Positions 37,161 through 47,722 of a stretch of 64,000 nucleotides of DNA are shown one piece after another. The stretch is from Gemmatimonadota bacterium (GTDB lineage: Bacteria; Gemmatimonadota; Gemmatimonadetes; Palauibacterales; Palauibacteraceae): positions 7,704 to 71,703 of the forward strand of contig JBDGWG010000004.1 in assembly GCA_039585235.1 (NCBI GenBank). Direction: 5' to 3'. How positions within the stretch are numbered: the stretch's first letter is position 1; every line of letters begins with the position of its first letter. The position numbers and the translations under genes are program-made. The notes below the pieces were generated by a model. The model saw only the letters and a program-made list of their open reading frames with translations, made no database searches and was not told the origin of the DNA.

Positions 37161-37196
37161 TTTGACAAGGGCCGGCCTCCATCTGGAGACCGGCCC
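37161..37196 (-). terminator. Putative intrinsic terminator after the POT transporter
   Basis: gggccggtctcc-agat-ggaggccggccc stem followed by TTGT on the minus strand. Confidence 0.55.
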
Positions 37197-37251
37197 TCGA
37201 CGAATCGTCTGCAGCTGGCGCCCCGCCCCGCCGCTGGAAAGGCGCGCCGGG

Positions 37252-38775
<1,524 letters not shown>

Positions 38776-38897
38776 CAGCTCAGTTGCCTCCTGATTGGTC
38801 TTAGGAATAATGGAGGTGGCGACGGGTTAGCCTCGGCCCATCGATACTGGACGATCGAAGCGCACAATATCGTCGCGCCGGTGTCCCGGGAGCAAGC

Positions 38898-39977
38898 TCA
38901 GCCGAGGCGGACCTCTGCCAGGAACTGCGCCGCCACCTCTCTCCACGCGAACCGGCGCCAGCGAACCGCGCCAGCCGCCGCGAGCCGGGCTCGCAGGGCC
39001 TCGTCCTTCAGCAGACGGACGAGGGCATCCGCAAGCCCTTCCACATCATGCGGTTGCACGAGAAGCGATACCTCGCCATGGGGCGCGGTCTCCGGCACCG
39101 CCGCACAGTTCGCGGCCACGATCGGCAGGCCGGCGGCCATCGCCTCGAGGAACACGATCCCGAAGCCCTCCTGGAGGGACGGGAGACAGAAAACGTCCGC
39201 ACGAAACAACTCGGAGCGGATCTCGTGAATTCCTCCCACCGAGCCGACGAACGCCACCGTATCGCCGAGATTCAGGGATCGGACGAGCGCCCTGAGACGT
39301 TGGAGCTCCGGCCCGTCGCCCACGATTCTGAGCCGGACGTCGGGGATCGACTGGCGCGCTATCGCCATCGCTCGGATCAGCACGGCGGTGTTCTTGCGCC
39401 GGTATTGACGGGCCACGCTGACGATGGAGGGAGAACCCCCGGTCCGTGGCGGTTCGGGCGAGCGGGCGGACCAGCTCTCGAGATCTATGCCTTCAGGGAC
39501 GACGCCCAACCGCTCCGGATCGAGTCCGTAAGCTGCGGTTGCTACCCTGCGACTGTGCTCGCTGGTGACGATCACCCGATCCGCACGCCGCGCGTTTCTT
39601 CGCTCGAGGCGGGAAAGAAATCGAAAGCGAATCCGGTTCCAACCGCTCTCGTACCGGAGCTCGTCGGCCATCACCCCTTTGAGGGAGACCACGTAGGAAG
39701 CCGACGAACCAGCGAGGAAGCACCCGTCCAGGTCGAAACCGACGATCAGGTGAGCCGGCAGGCGTCGCACCCGGAACCGAAGGTCCACGTTGGCCGCGAT
39801 CCGCGTCAGGTCCGCCGTCAGAAAGTGGAAGCGCGGCCGCAGAATCGTGACCCGGTGTCCCAGGGAGCGCAATCCACCAGCGAGGCCCGCGATGGCGACG
39901 GCAGATCCGCTGCCACGCGCCCGATCCGAGAACCAGGAATCCAGGAAGAGGATGTCCAGGGTGTCTGCGGCTTTCAC
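38898..39977 (-). CDS. Glycosyltransferase family 4
   Basis: GT-B fold, RKN, GDGPE, PSLQEGFGIVFLEAMAAG (EX7E). Confidence 0.92.
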   Translation of the reverse strand: MKAADTLDILFLDSWFSDRARGSGSAVAIAGLAGGLRSLGHRVTILRPRFHFLTADLTRIAANVDLRFRVRRLPAHLIVGFDLDGCFLAGSSASYVVSLKGVMADELRYESGWNRIRFRFLSRLERRNARRADRVIVTSEHSRRVATAAYGLDPERLGVVPEGIDLESWSARSPEPPRTGGSPSIVSVARQYRRKNTAVLIRAMAIARQSIPDVRLRIVGDGPELQRLRALVRSLNLGDTVAFVGSVGGIHEIRSELFRADVFCLPSLQEGFGIVFLEAMAAGLPIVAANCAAVPETAPHGEVSLLVQPHDVEGLADALVRLLKDEALRARLAAAGAVRWRRFAWREVAAQFLAEVRLG

Positions 39978-39987
39978 GAGGCGGCGT

Positions 39988-40317
39988 CTATAGCCGATCG
40001 ATGCGAGCCGCCAGGATGAAGTCGCTCTCCGTGAGGCCGTCGATCTTATGGGTGAAAATCTCGATCTCGACCCGACCCCAGCTCAAGCGGATATCGGGGT
40101 GGTGCCCTTCGGATTCCGCCAGCTCGCCTACCTGGTTCGTGAACTCGAGAGCCGTCACGAAATCCGGGAATGAGAACACTTTGTGCAAGTGGTGTTCTCC
40201 CACGACTTGCCATCCGCCGTCCAGCTCGGTGTGCAGCGTGCGCAGCTCCTCGCCGGCCAGCGGCGGGATGCCACCGCGGCACGGAACGCAGTGCTTGGAG
40301 TAAAGAGTGTCGCTCAA
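39988..40317 (-). CDS. Pterin-4-alpha-carbinolamine dehydratase
   Basis: AAAGGAG RBS plus TTG; CVPC.GG, AE.EGHHPDI, THKI.GLTESDFILAARID. Confidence 0.93.
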   Translation of the reverse strand: MSDTLYSKHCVPCRGGIPPLAGEELRTLHTELDGGWQVVGEHHLHKVFSFPDFVTALEFTNQVGELAESEGHHPDIRLSWGRVEIEIFTHKIDGLTESDFILAARIDRL

Positions 40318-40363
40318 CGGGAGCTCCTTTCGGTCGCGCAAAGTACGGCCGACAGACGGATCT

Positions 40364-41944
40364 TCAGCCGACGGACTGATCTTCAGCCGCGGCCGCCTCG
40401 GAGGCGAGCACGACGCGGTTTCGCCCCAGGCGCTTTGCTGCATACAGCGCCCGGTCGGCTGATCTCAACAGGGATTTGGGATCGTCTCCGTCTTCTCGGA
40501 AGAACGCGACGCCCAGCGAGGCGGTCAGGTCCACGGGGAGGGGAGGGTCTTCCTCCAGGATCAACTCGTCGATTCGATTCCTCAGTCGTTCCGCAATGCT
40601 TAGCGCCAGCTCGCGGTCGGCCCGGATGAGGAGGATCGCGAACTCCTCTCCACCGATGCGGGCGATCTGGTCACTGTCGCGCACACTCTCCCGGAGCGTG
40701 CGCGCCATGGCCTGCAGGCATCGATCTCCCGCCTGATGGCCGAACTTGTCATTCACGGACTTGAAGTGGTCGACATCGAGGAACACAAGGGCCAGAGGCT
40801 CGTCGTACCGCGCCGCCCGTCGGACGTTCTCCTCCAACTGCTGGTTGAAGTGCCGGCGGTTGAACAGGCCTGTCAGGGCATCGGTGATCGCGAGCCGGCG
40901 GGTTTCCTCCAGCAGCTGGGCACTTCGGATCACCTCTGCCGTCTGGCGTGCGATGACGGTAAGCGTTTGCACGTGCTCGTCGCTGAACGCGTGTGACTCT
41001 ACCGATTCTGCGTTGAATACACCGATGATCGCACCGTCTGCGATCAGCGGGACCGCCACTTCACTTCTGGCACCCGGCACGCCAGGGATGTATGCTTCCT
41101 CGTCGTCCAGGTGACGGACATCATGCACGACCTGGGTGACGCCTGCCTCGGCGCACCGGCCAGTGACACCCTGTCCGAGCGGGATTTCCAGGAACTTGAC
41201 GGCAGCCTCGTATCCCTGCCCCGCGACCAGCCGCAAGGTCTTCTTCTCTTCGTTCAGCAGGAGGATTGCGGACTGTCCCTGCGGAATGACCTCTCCGGCG
41301 ATCTCGAGCATGGAGTTCAGGGTCGCTCCCAGCGCGCCCACTCCGCTGGCCAGATTCGAGATCCGGAACAGGGCGCTCAGCTGCTCGATCCGCTGGCGCA
41401 GCTGAGCCTGGGCATGGAACGCCAGGATTCCCAACGCGGCCTGCGTGCCGAGAACGGTGAGGAGCTTCTCGTGCTCCGACGTGAAAGCGTACAAGCGCTC
41501 CGACTCGACCAGGATCACGCCGGTGACGCGATTCCCGACGATGAGTGGCACGGCCAGGTTCGACAGCGCCTCATCAAGTCCTGGCTTGTAACGCGGATCC
41601 TGGGATACGTCTCCCACGCGTACCGATTCGCGGTTCGCCGCCGCCCATCCGGTGATCCCCTCGCCGACCGCCAGCGATGCCCCGCGGAGCCCGGGCGCCC
41701 GGTCCCCATAACCGGTGAGCTGCTCGACCGCGAGCCTGCCGGTTTCTTCGTCCACCAGCAGGACTGCTCCGTGCTCGAAGCCGATAAGCTCCCGACCCCG
41801 CTCGAGCACCTCGGTCAGAAGCTCGTCGAGCGAGTCGTGCCGGCCGAGCGCCCTGGTGCTCTCGTACAGGGCGTCCAGCGTGCCCAGGCCTCTGCCGGTT
41901 TGAGGTCCGTCTCCCTTCACGAGTCCTCCGTCTGGCTCATTCAT
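40364..41944 (-). CDS. GAF-GAF-GGDEF diguanylate cyclase
   Basis: Two GAFs (GEGITG.., SEVAVPL), D.LTGLFNRR, DVDHFKSVND.FGH..GD, RDSD I-site and GGEEF. Confidence 0.96.
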   Translation of the reverse strand: MNEPDGGLVKGDGPQTGRGLGTLDALYESTRALGRHDSLDELLTEVLERGRELIGFEHGAVLLVDEETGRLAVEQLTGYGDRAPGLRGASLAVGEGITGWAAANRESVRVGDVSQDPRYKPGLDEALSNLAVPLIVGNRVTGVILVESERLYAFTSEHEKLLTVLGTQAALGILAFHAQAQLRQRIEQLSALFRISNLASGVGALGATLNSMLEIAGEVIPQGQSAILLLNEEKKTLRLVAGQGYEAAVKFLEIPLGQGVTGRCAEAGVTQVVHDVRHLDDEEAYIPGVPGARSEVAVPLIADGAIIGVFNAESVESHAFSDEHVQTLTVIARQTAEVIRSAQLLEETRRLAITDALTGLFNRRHFNQQLEENVRRAARYDEPLALVFLDVDHFKSVNDKFGHQAGDRCLQAMARTLRESVRDSDQIARIGGEEFAILLIRADRELALSIAERLRNRIDELILEEDPPLPVDLTASLGVAFFREDGDDPKSLLRSADRALYAAKRLGRNRVVLASEAAAAEDQSVG

Positions 41945-42861
41945 GCGAGCAGAGACTTCCCGAACGTCTTGACCGTGAGTACCGGTCGATCGGCACGTCG
42001 CACGACCTTCTCCGTCACACTGCCAAGGAGAACGTGCGTGAGCCCACCGAGACCGTGCGTCGCGATGACGATCAAATCAGCCGGGATTTCCTTGGCGGTG
42101 TCCAGAATGCCTCCTACCGCGGAACCTTCCCGAACGTGGATCTCGGACTCGATATCGGTCCCCGCCCGGGTCGCTACCGCGAGAAGCGCCTCGCGGAGGC
42201 TGCTTTCGAGCAGGGAGAAGTCAGGTGCAGTGGCCGGACCGCCCCCGATGTACACTTCGGGGGTCACCGGCTGCTCGAAGACGTGCAGCAGGTGCATGCG
42301 AGCCCCATAGGCCCGGCAGATCTCCCGAGCGTGCCTTGCAGCGACCTCCGAGTGCGGAGAGAAATCCACCGGGACAAGGACGTGCTCGACCAGTGCGGGA
42401 GCCGCAGCTCCGGTGCCGCCGCGGATCGTGAGGACCGGACAGGAGGACATCCGCACGACCTCCTCCGTCACGCTTCCCAGCAGAACGTGGCTCAGCCCTC
42501 GTCGACCGTGCGTGCTCATCACGATGACGTCGGCGTCGATCTCTTCCGCGTACTCGAGAATCACCGGCGCGGTCGAGATTCCGCGACGCTGCGCCCGGAC
42601 CACGTCGATCTCTTCCGCCCGAAGCGCCCGCAATTGGTTCGCCATCCGGTCCTCGGCGATCTCCTCGAGTCGGACCCTGATTTCCTCGGCATCGGGAAAG
42701 TGATGCGCAGGGTCGTTCGGGTCATCCGCGTGCAGGACGACCGCGTGCAGCATGTGGAGGGCCGCCCCGTGTTTCTGGGCGAGCGCCAGAGCGTAATCGA
42801 GCGCTGCGTCTGCGAGACGCGAGAAATCGGTCGCGAACAAAACGGTCTTCAGTGCCAGCAT
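41941..42861 (-). CDS. Tandem universal stress protein
   Basis: Two USP domains (ATDFS / PVDFS; THG..GL.HVLLGSVTE.VVR). Confidence 0.96.
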   Translation of the reverse strand: MLALKTVLFATDFSRLADAALDYALALAQKHGAALHMLHAVVLHADDPNDPAHHFPDAEEIRVRLEEIAEDRMANQLRALRAEEIDVVRAQRRGISTAPVILEYAEEIDADVIVMSTHGRRGLSHVLLGSVTEEVVRMSSCPVLTIRGGTGAAAPALVEHVLVPVDFSPHSEVAARHAREICRAYGARMHLLHVFEQPVTPEVYIGGGPATAPDFSLLESSLREALLAVATRAGTDIESEIHVREGSAVGGILDTAKEIPADLIVIATHGLGGLTHVLLGSVTEKVVRRADRPVLTVKTFGKSLLA

Positions 42862-42882
42862 TCCCGTGCTCCGGCGGCGCCC

Positions 42883-44172
42883 CTAGTGGGGGGCACCGAA
42901 AGTGACTTCCAGCTCGACCCGTTCGCCGTCGCGAATGACGACCATGGGCGCCGTATCACCGGGGTTGGCTTCGGAGAGCACGACCATGTAGTCCTGCACG
43001 CTGGCGATCTCCGTCTCGCCGATCTGGACGATGACGTCGCCTCGCTGCAGGCCCGCTGCTTGGGCCGGGCTGTCTGGCCTCACGTCGGACAGGAGAAGCC
43101 CCGGCGAGCCGTCCGACGGTCCCGCGTAGTCCGGGATCGTGCCCAGGCGCGCCTTCAATGCCATGCGCTGTTGCGGTCCATCAGACGTCTTCACGAGGGT
43201 CAGCTCGCCCGGGCGATTCGCGATGGAGCCGGCCACGTCGGAGACCAGCCAGGCCACACGCGCCCCGCCCTCGGCGTTGATGAGGTCCGCGTCATCCGAG
43301 GGTTTGTGATACTCGGAGTGCGTACCGGTGAAAAAGTGCAGGACCGGAACGTCGGCGGCGAAGAACGCTGACTGGTCCGAAGCCCCGAAGCCGTCACCGC
43401 CGATCGAACACTCGAAGCCATAGCGCTCGCAGAGCGGGCCGACCAGGTCGTCCCACTCCTCCGCCGAATCCCCACCGAGAACGGACAGTCTCTCGTCGCG
43501 CAGCCGCCCCACCATGTCCATGTTCAGCATTGCGATGACGTCTGCCATCGCGAGTCCCTCGGGCGGGCGGCGCACGATGTTGCTCGCGCCTACGAGACCT
43601 CGCTCCTCGGCCGAGAAGGCCATGAAGATGACGTCACGCTTCAGTTGTCCGCGGCGCTCCTGCAGCTGGCGGGCCGCCTCGAGGAGGGCGGCCGTGCCGG
43701 ACGCGTTGTCGTCCGCACCGTTGTGGATGGCCCGGGAATCGGGGTCGAGAGAGCCCTCATCGCCGAAGCCGAGGTGGTCGTAGTGCGCCCCGATCAGCAC
43801 CACTCCATCCAGCTCGCCGTTCCCCCGTATGCGCCCCATCACGTTGAAGGCGTAGAGGAAGCCCTTCTGGGCATGAGGGTTCGAAGGGTCCGCGATGGGC
43901 ACACCGAATACGTGGCGAAAGCCGCTATCATCGCCGGCCGGCTCGAGTCCGATATCCTTGAACTGGTTCTCCAGCCAGAGTCCGGCGTTGGCGAGACCTT
44001 CGGAACCGAGTCCACGGCCCATCCGGGCGTCATCCGCGAGCCAGTGAACGTCGGCCGAATAACGCTTCGCCGCCGCCTCGACGCCGCTGGAGATACGTTC
44101 GGAGCCGTCGGTCTGGGCGCCGGCCGCCGAGGCCGTCAGCAGGGCCACCCCGGCCAGGAGCACCGATCTCAC
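42883..44172 (-). CDS. Secreted M28 peptidase with C-terminal PDZ
   Basis: Signal peptide, GAHYDHLG, NGADDNASG, AEERGL.G, NMDMVGR, YH.PSD, LGTIPDY PDZ; start could be 44259. Confidence 0.93.
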   Translation of the reverse strand: MRSVLLAGVALLTASAAGAQTDGSERISSGVEAAAKRYSADVHWLADDARMGRGLGSEGLANAGLWLENQFKDIGLEPAGDDSGFRHVFGVPIADPSNPHAQKGFLYAFNVMGRIRGNGELDGVVLIGAHYDHLGFGDEGSLDPDSRAIHNGADDNASGTAALLEAARQLQERRGQLKRDVIFMAFSAEERGLVGASNIVRRPPEGLAMADVIAMLNMDMVGRLRDERLSVLGGDSAEEWDDLVGPLCERYGFECSIGGDGFGASDQSAFFAADVPVLHFFTGTHSEYHKPSDDADLINAEGGARVAWLVSDVAGSIANRPGELTLVKTSDGPQQRMALKARLGTIPDYAGPSDGSPGLLLSDVRPDSPAQAAGLQRGDVIVQIGETEIASVQDYMVVLSEANPGDTAPMVVIRDGERVELEVTFGAPH

Positions 44173-44259
44173 TCGTATCAGTTCTCCCACGCTGATCAAA
44201 TCGCCGGGCCTTTGCGGGAAGCCGAAACCCGGAGCTCTATCGCCAACCGAAAGTGCCAT
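44173..44259 (-). pseudogene. N-terminal remnant of a peroxiredoxin/AhpC-TSA redoxin, in frame with the M28 peptidase
   Basis: GGAGG RBS then MALSVGDRAPGFGFPQRPGDLISVGELI, the typical redoxin start (L.VGD.AP.F.L), with no catalytic Cys region. Confidence 0.55.
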
Positions 44260-44382
44260 CCACTTCCTCCGTATCGAATGCACGCATACGCAAAGTCGAG
44301 TCGAGAAGGCACCCGTGCGGGTGCCGCCATTGACGCGGGCAAACTACATGCCGCGGCTCATTCGCGCTGTAGCTTGGATCGA

Positions 44383-46251
44383 TCAGAAGGCGCCGCCCCC
44401 ACCGCCCCCGAAACCGCCTCCGGAAAAGCCGCCCCCACCGCCACCCGAAAAGCCTGATCCGCCTGAGCTCCGCGGGGCCGAGGTCATGGCCGTGGCTGCG
44501 TGCTGCGTCATGCCGGACAGGTCGCTCACGAAGATCGTCGGGTGGAAGCCGCGGTGCCCGGTGCCGCGATACCAGTCCGGAGGCTCCTTGTAGATGTCTG
44601 CGAAGGCCGCGGCCCACTTCTTCTCCACTCCGAGGGCCATCGCGTACGGCAGGTAACGTTCGAACATCTCCGGTCCGGTGATCATCCGCTTGAACCGGTC
44701 CGACTCGACTCGATTCAGGAATTCCTCGAAGCCGAGCGCCGCTTCGAGTGCCCGGGTCCCGGCGACGGTACGAGCCGGCATGAAGATCCCGAAGCCCAGC
44801 ACGACCGCGCCGGTCAGAGCGCCGGCCAGAAGGGTGGTCAGGGGAGCCATGCCGTAACGGGCGCCGATCGCCGTGCCTCCGGCGCCCACGAGAAGACCGA
44901 TCACGATCCCGGCCGCGACCCAGAAGCCGAGAACCCTGTCGGGGCGGCTCCGGTAGTAATTGAGCTTCATGAGCTCGGCGAAGATCCGGTCCTTGATCCC
45001 GGGGAGTTCCTTGTAGAAGTCGTTCTCGAGGTCGGACATGTGAACCCGGTCCCCGGCGACCGGTGATCCGAACACGCCCCGGAGCAGCTTGCTCTCGTGA
45101 CTCTTCAGATCGGAAAGAGCGTCGCCAGCCCTGCGCAGCTCGAGTACATAGTCCGTTTCCTTGATCAGTCCGAGGAACTTCTCCTGTTCGGCCTCCTCGA
45201 TGATCAGGTACCCCCGAACGGCGAGGTCTACCAGCATCGCGGTGACATCCCTGAGGTCCGGCCGGTTGTCCACGAGGACACCGACCTCGGACGGGGTCAG
45301 GCCCTCCGGCGGCTCGTACATCGGCGCGATCGGACGCCGTTCGGGATCCTTGCCGTGGTGCACCCACAAGCGTCTCATCACGAACACGGCGAGGATAGGG
45401 ATCAGGAGCGGCCAGTTGCTGCGGAAGAACTCGCGGATCCGGTCCCAAAGCGTGGCCCTGCGAATGAGGTGTTCGCCCGAGGCGCCGGCGGGCTCGCCGA
45501 CGAAGGAGTCCCAGGCTATAGCCACCGTGAGTCCCTCGTGGATCCCGAGCCCCCTGGTCGAGGCGACGTCCACCAGGTAGTCGGCGACGTCCACCTCCAC
45601 CGATTCTTCGGTGGATCCGTAGCGACCCGTGAAACCGCGCGCTCGCACACCGGTTACGGCGGCAGGGAGCCGTACCCTGACGCTCGCCCGCTCGATGGGG
45701 ACCGGCCATTCGTCCCCGGTGACGTTCCAGTACAGCTCGTCCCACGCCTGGTCGTCCTCGTCGAAGAAACGCAAAGCGTTGTCCACGCGATAGCGGATGA
45801 CCACGGTTCGAACCGCGTCCGAAGCATCCGGCACCCACACTTTGATCTTGCGGTTCTGTCGCTCGCGGCTGATCTCATGGCGGAGGACATGACCGGCGCC
45901 GTCCTCCACCCCGAGCACCTCGAGACCCAGGGTGTAATTCAAGTTGGCGCGGGTCGTGTACTGGATTGGAATCGTGCGGAAGATCCCGTTGTACGAGCCC
46001 TCGAAGCGGACCTTGAGGGTTTCGACGACCTCGACGTCTCCGCTGCGCAGGACGTGAACGTCGGCATGGAAGTTCTCGATATGCCAGGAACGGACGGCCG
46101 GGGCGGCGTGGTCAGCGGTCCGGGGACCGACCGCAGGGAGCACAGTCGGCAGCGACAGCGCGGCCAGGCATCCCGCGCCGAGCGCAAGGAGCATCGCGCG
46201 GCGCGGGCCGACGAATCTCACCAGCGTGTCATCCAGTTCAGGTTCCGCCAT
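44383..46251 (-). CDS. DUF2207 membrane protein
   Basis: V.ET....F.G...GIFR.IP, ELYWNVTG..W..PI, YLPYA.ALG, Gly-rich GGGGGGAF end; follows lemA. Confidence 0.9.
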   Translation of the reverse strand: MAEPELDDTLVRFVGPRRAMLLALGAGCLAALSLPTVLPAVGPRTADHAAPAVRSWHIENFHADVHVLRSGDVEVVETLKVRFEGSYNGIFRTIPIQYTTRANLNYTLGLEVLGVEDGAGHVLRHEISRERQNRKIKVWVPDASDAVRTVVIRYRVDNALRFFDEDDQAWDELYWNVTGDEWPVPIERASVRVRLPAAVTGVRARGFTGRYGSTEESVEVDVADYLVDVASTRGLGIHEGLTVAIAWDSFVGEPAGASGEHLIRRATLWDRIREFFRSNWPLLIPILAVFVMRRLWVHHGKDPERRPIAPMYEPPEGLTPSEVGVLVDNRPDLRDVTAMLVDLAVRGYLIIEEAEQEKFLGLIKETDYVLELRRAGDALSDLKSHESKLLRGVFGSPVAGDRVHMSDLENDFYKELPGIKDRIFAELMKLNYYRSRPDRVLGFWVAAGIVIGLLVGAGGTAIGARYGMAPLTTLLAGALTGAVVLGFGIFMPARTVAGTRALEAALGFEEFLNRVESDRFKRMITGPEMFERYLPYAMALGVEKKWAAAFADIYKEPPDWYRGTGHRGFHPTIFVSDLSGMTQHAATAMTSAPRSSGGSGFSGGGGGGFSGGGFGGGGGGAF

Positions 46252-46798
46252 CGCCGAAGCTGACGGTCGGCGCTTCCCGCTGCGTTTCGTCATCCAACTC
46301 GAAGTACTCTTCCTTCTCAAATCGGAAGGCGTTCGCCACCAGCACGGAGGGAAACTGTTCGACTTTGATGTTGTAGTCGCGTACGACGGCGTTGTAGTAG
46401 CGCCTCGAGTTCTGCACGGCGCCCTCGATCTCCGTGAGCGTCCCCTGCAGGTGCGTGAAGCTCTCGACGGCACGGAGCTGTGGGTACGCCTCCGAAAGAG
46501 CGAACAGGGACTTGAGCGCTCCCGTGAGCATGTTCTCTGCCTGCGCCCTCTCGGTCGGGCCGGTCGCTGACATGGCCCGGTTGCGGGCGTTGATCACGGC
46601 CTCGAGCGTGTCCTTCTCGTGGCTCGCATAGCCCTTCACGGTCTCCACGAGGTTGGGGATAAGGTCCCACCTGCGCTTCAACTGAACGTCGATGTCAGCC
46701 CAGGAGGCCTGCGACGCCGCGCGCAACTTGACGAGTGAGTTGTAGATCGCGATGCCGCCGATGGCCACGATCGCCAGAAAGATGAGAAACCAGGTCAA
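46238..46798 (-). CDS. lemA: LemA family protein
   Basis: YNSLV, WADIDVQLKRR.DLIPNLVETVKGYA.HE, E.YP.L, RRYYN..V..YN..FPS. Confidence 0.96.
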   Translation of the reverse strand: MTWFLIFLAIVAIGGIAIYNSLVKLRAASQASWADIDVQLKRRWDLIPNLVETVKGYASHEKDTLEAVINARNRAMSATGPTERAQAENMLTGALKSLFALSEAYPQLRAVESFTHLQGTLTEIEGAVQNSRRYYNAVVRDYNIKVEQFPSVLVANAFRFEKEEYFELDDETQREAPTVSFGDGGT

Positions 46799-46844
46799 GG
46801 CGCCCTCCGGGTCCGGGGGTCGAGGAGTACATGTCGGCACTGCC

Positions 46845-46874
46845 AGAATACGCGATCGCGTCCCGCCATGACAA
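46845..46874 (-). promoter_or_regulatory. Sigma70-like promoter for lemA-DUF2207
   Basis: TTGTCA-N18-TATTCT on the minus strand. Confidence 0.5.
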
Positions 46875-46934
46875 GCGCCCGGACCGGTACGAGAGCTTCC
46901 TGGATGAGTTCATCCGGCCCTCGCGTCGGTCAAA

Positions 46935-47050
46935 CGGACCTGCAAACCTCAGAAACACGGTCTCCAGGTGTCGTATGCCGAGGTGTCCCCGCACCACTTC
47001 CGCCAGCACCGCTCGGAAGTCCGTGGTGACCGTCATGCGATTCCTGCCGT
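46935..47050 (-). pseudogene. 3' remnant of a DUF1501-family gene
   Basis: GRNRMTVTTDFRAVLAEVVRGHLGIRHLETVF resembles the DUF1501 C-terminus (GRDL.VTTDFR.V.AE....HLG....VF); the rest of the gene is absent. Confidence 0.55.
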
Positions 47051-47139
47051 TCGCCCCACGTTGTATCTGCCCTGGTGCCCGCGGCTTACGATGGAAGGAC
47101 GATTCGAACGGGCAAGAGGTCAAACCCGGGAGGGCAGGC

Positions 47140-47589
47140 TTACTCGCCCAGCATCTCCTCGAGAACGTTCCGCGGCACCGCGCCGGTCTTCCGGGCCACC
47201 TCGGAGCCGCCTCGAAACAGGATCAGCGTCGGAATGCCACGGATGCCGAGCGACCCGGAGACCCGGGGGTTCGCGTCCGTGTCGATCTTGGCCACCAGGA
47301 TCTCTCCCACTCGGTCTGAGGCCAGGGCGTCGAGCACGGGCGCCATGATCTTGCACGGGCCGCACCAGTCGGCGTAGAAGTCCACGAGGATCGGAACATC
47401 CGATTCCCGGACCATGCCATCCAGGTCTTCGCCGCCGACCTTGATGGGCCGATCGAGAAGAAACGGGCGGCCGCATTCGCCGCACTTCGGCCGATCCGCG
47501 GCCCGATCCATGTCCAGCCGGTTCAGCTTCAAGCAGAACGCGCAGCGAAGCGTGGCCCTGCGCTCCCCTGTTGCGGATATGTCCATCAT
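47140..47589 (-). CDS. trxC: Thioredoxin 2 with N-terminal Zn finger
   Basis: CAFC..NR..PKCGEC plus DFYADWCGPC, IRGIPT. Confidence 0.93.
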   Translation of the reverse strand: MMDISATGERRATLRCAFCLKLNRLDMDRAADRPKCGECGRPFLLDRPIKVGGEDLDGMVRESDVPILVDFYADWCGPCKIMAPVLDALASDRVGEILVAKIDTDANPRVSGSLGIRGIPTLILFRGGSEVARKTGAVPRNVLEEMLGE

Positions 47590-47722
47590 CGGTCGTTTCC
47601 CGAAGAGCTGTTGGACCGTCCCGAGCGCCGCCAAACCCACGGCCGCCATCTCCATCTATCGTATTGTGCGTTGCCACCACGGATGTCAACGTTCCGTGTC
47701 CTGTAATCGATCGGAACCGCGC

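Noticed and set aside
47590-47655. Hydrophobic N-terminal extension on TrxC
   Set aside because: Lies in the short divergent promoter gap; TrxC homology starts at the Zn finger, so it is probably not translated
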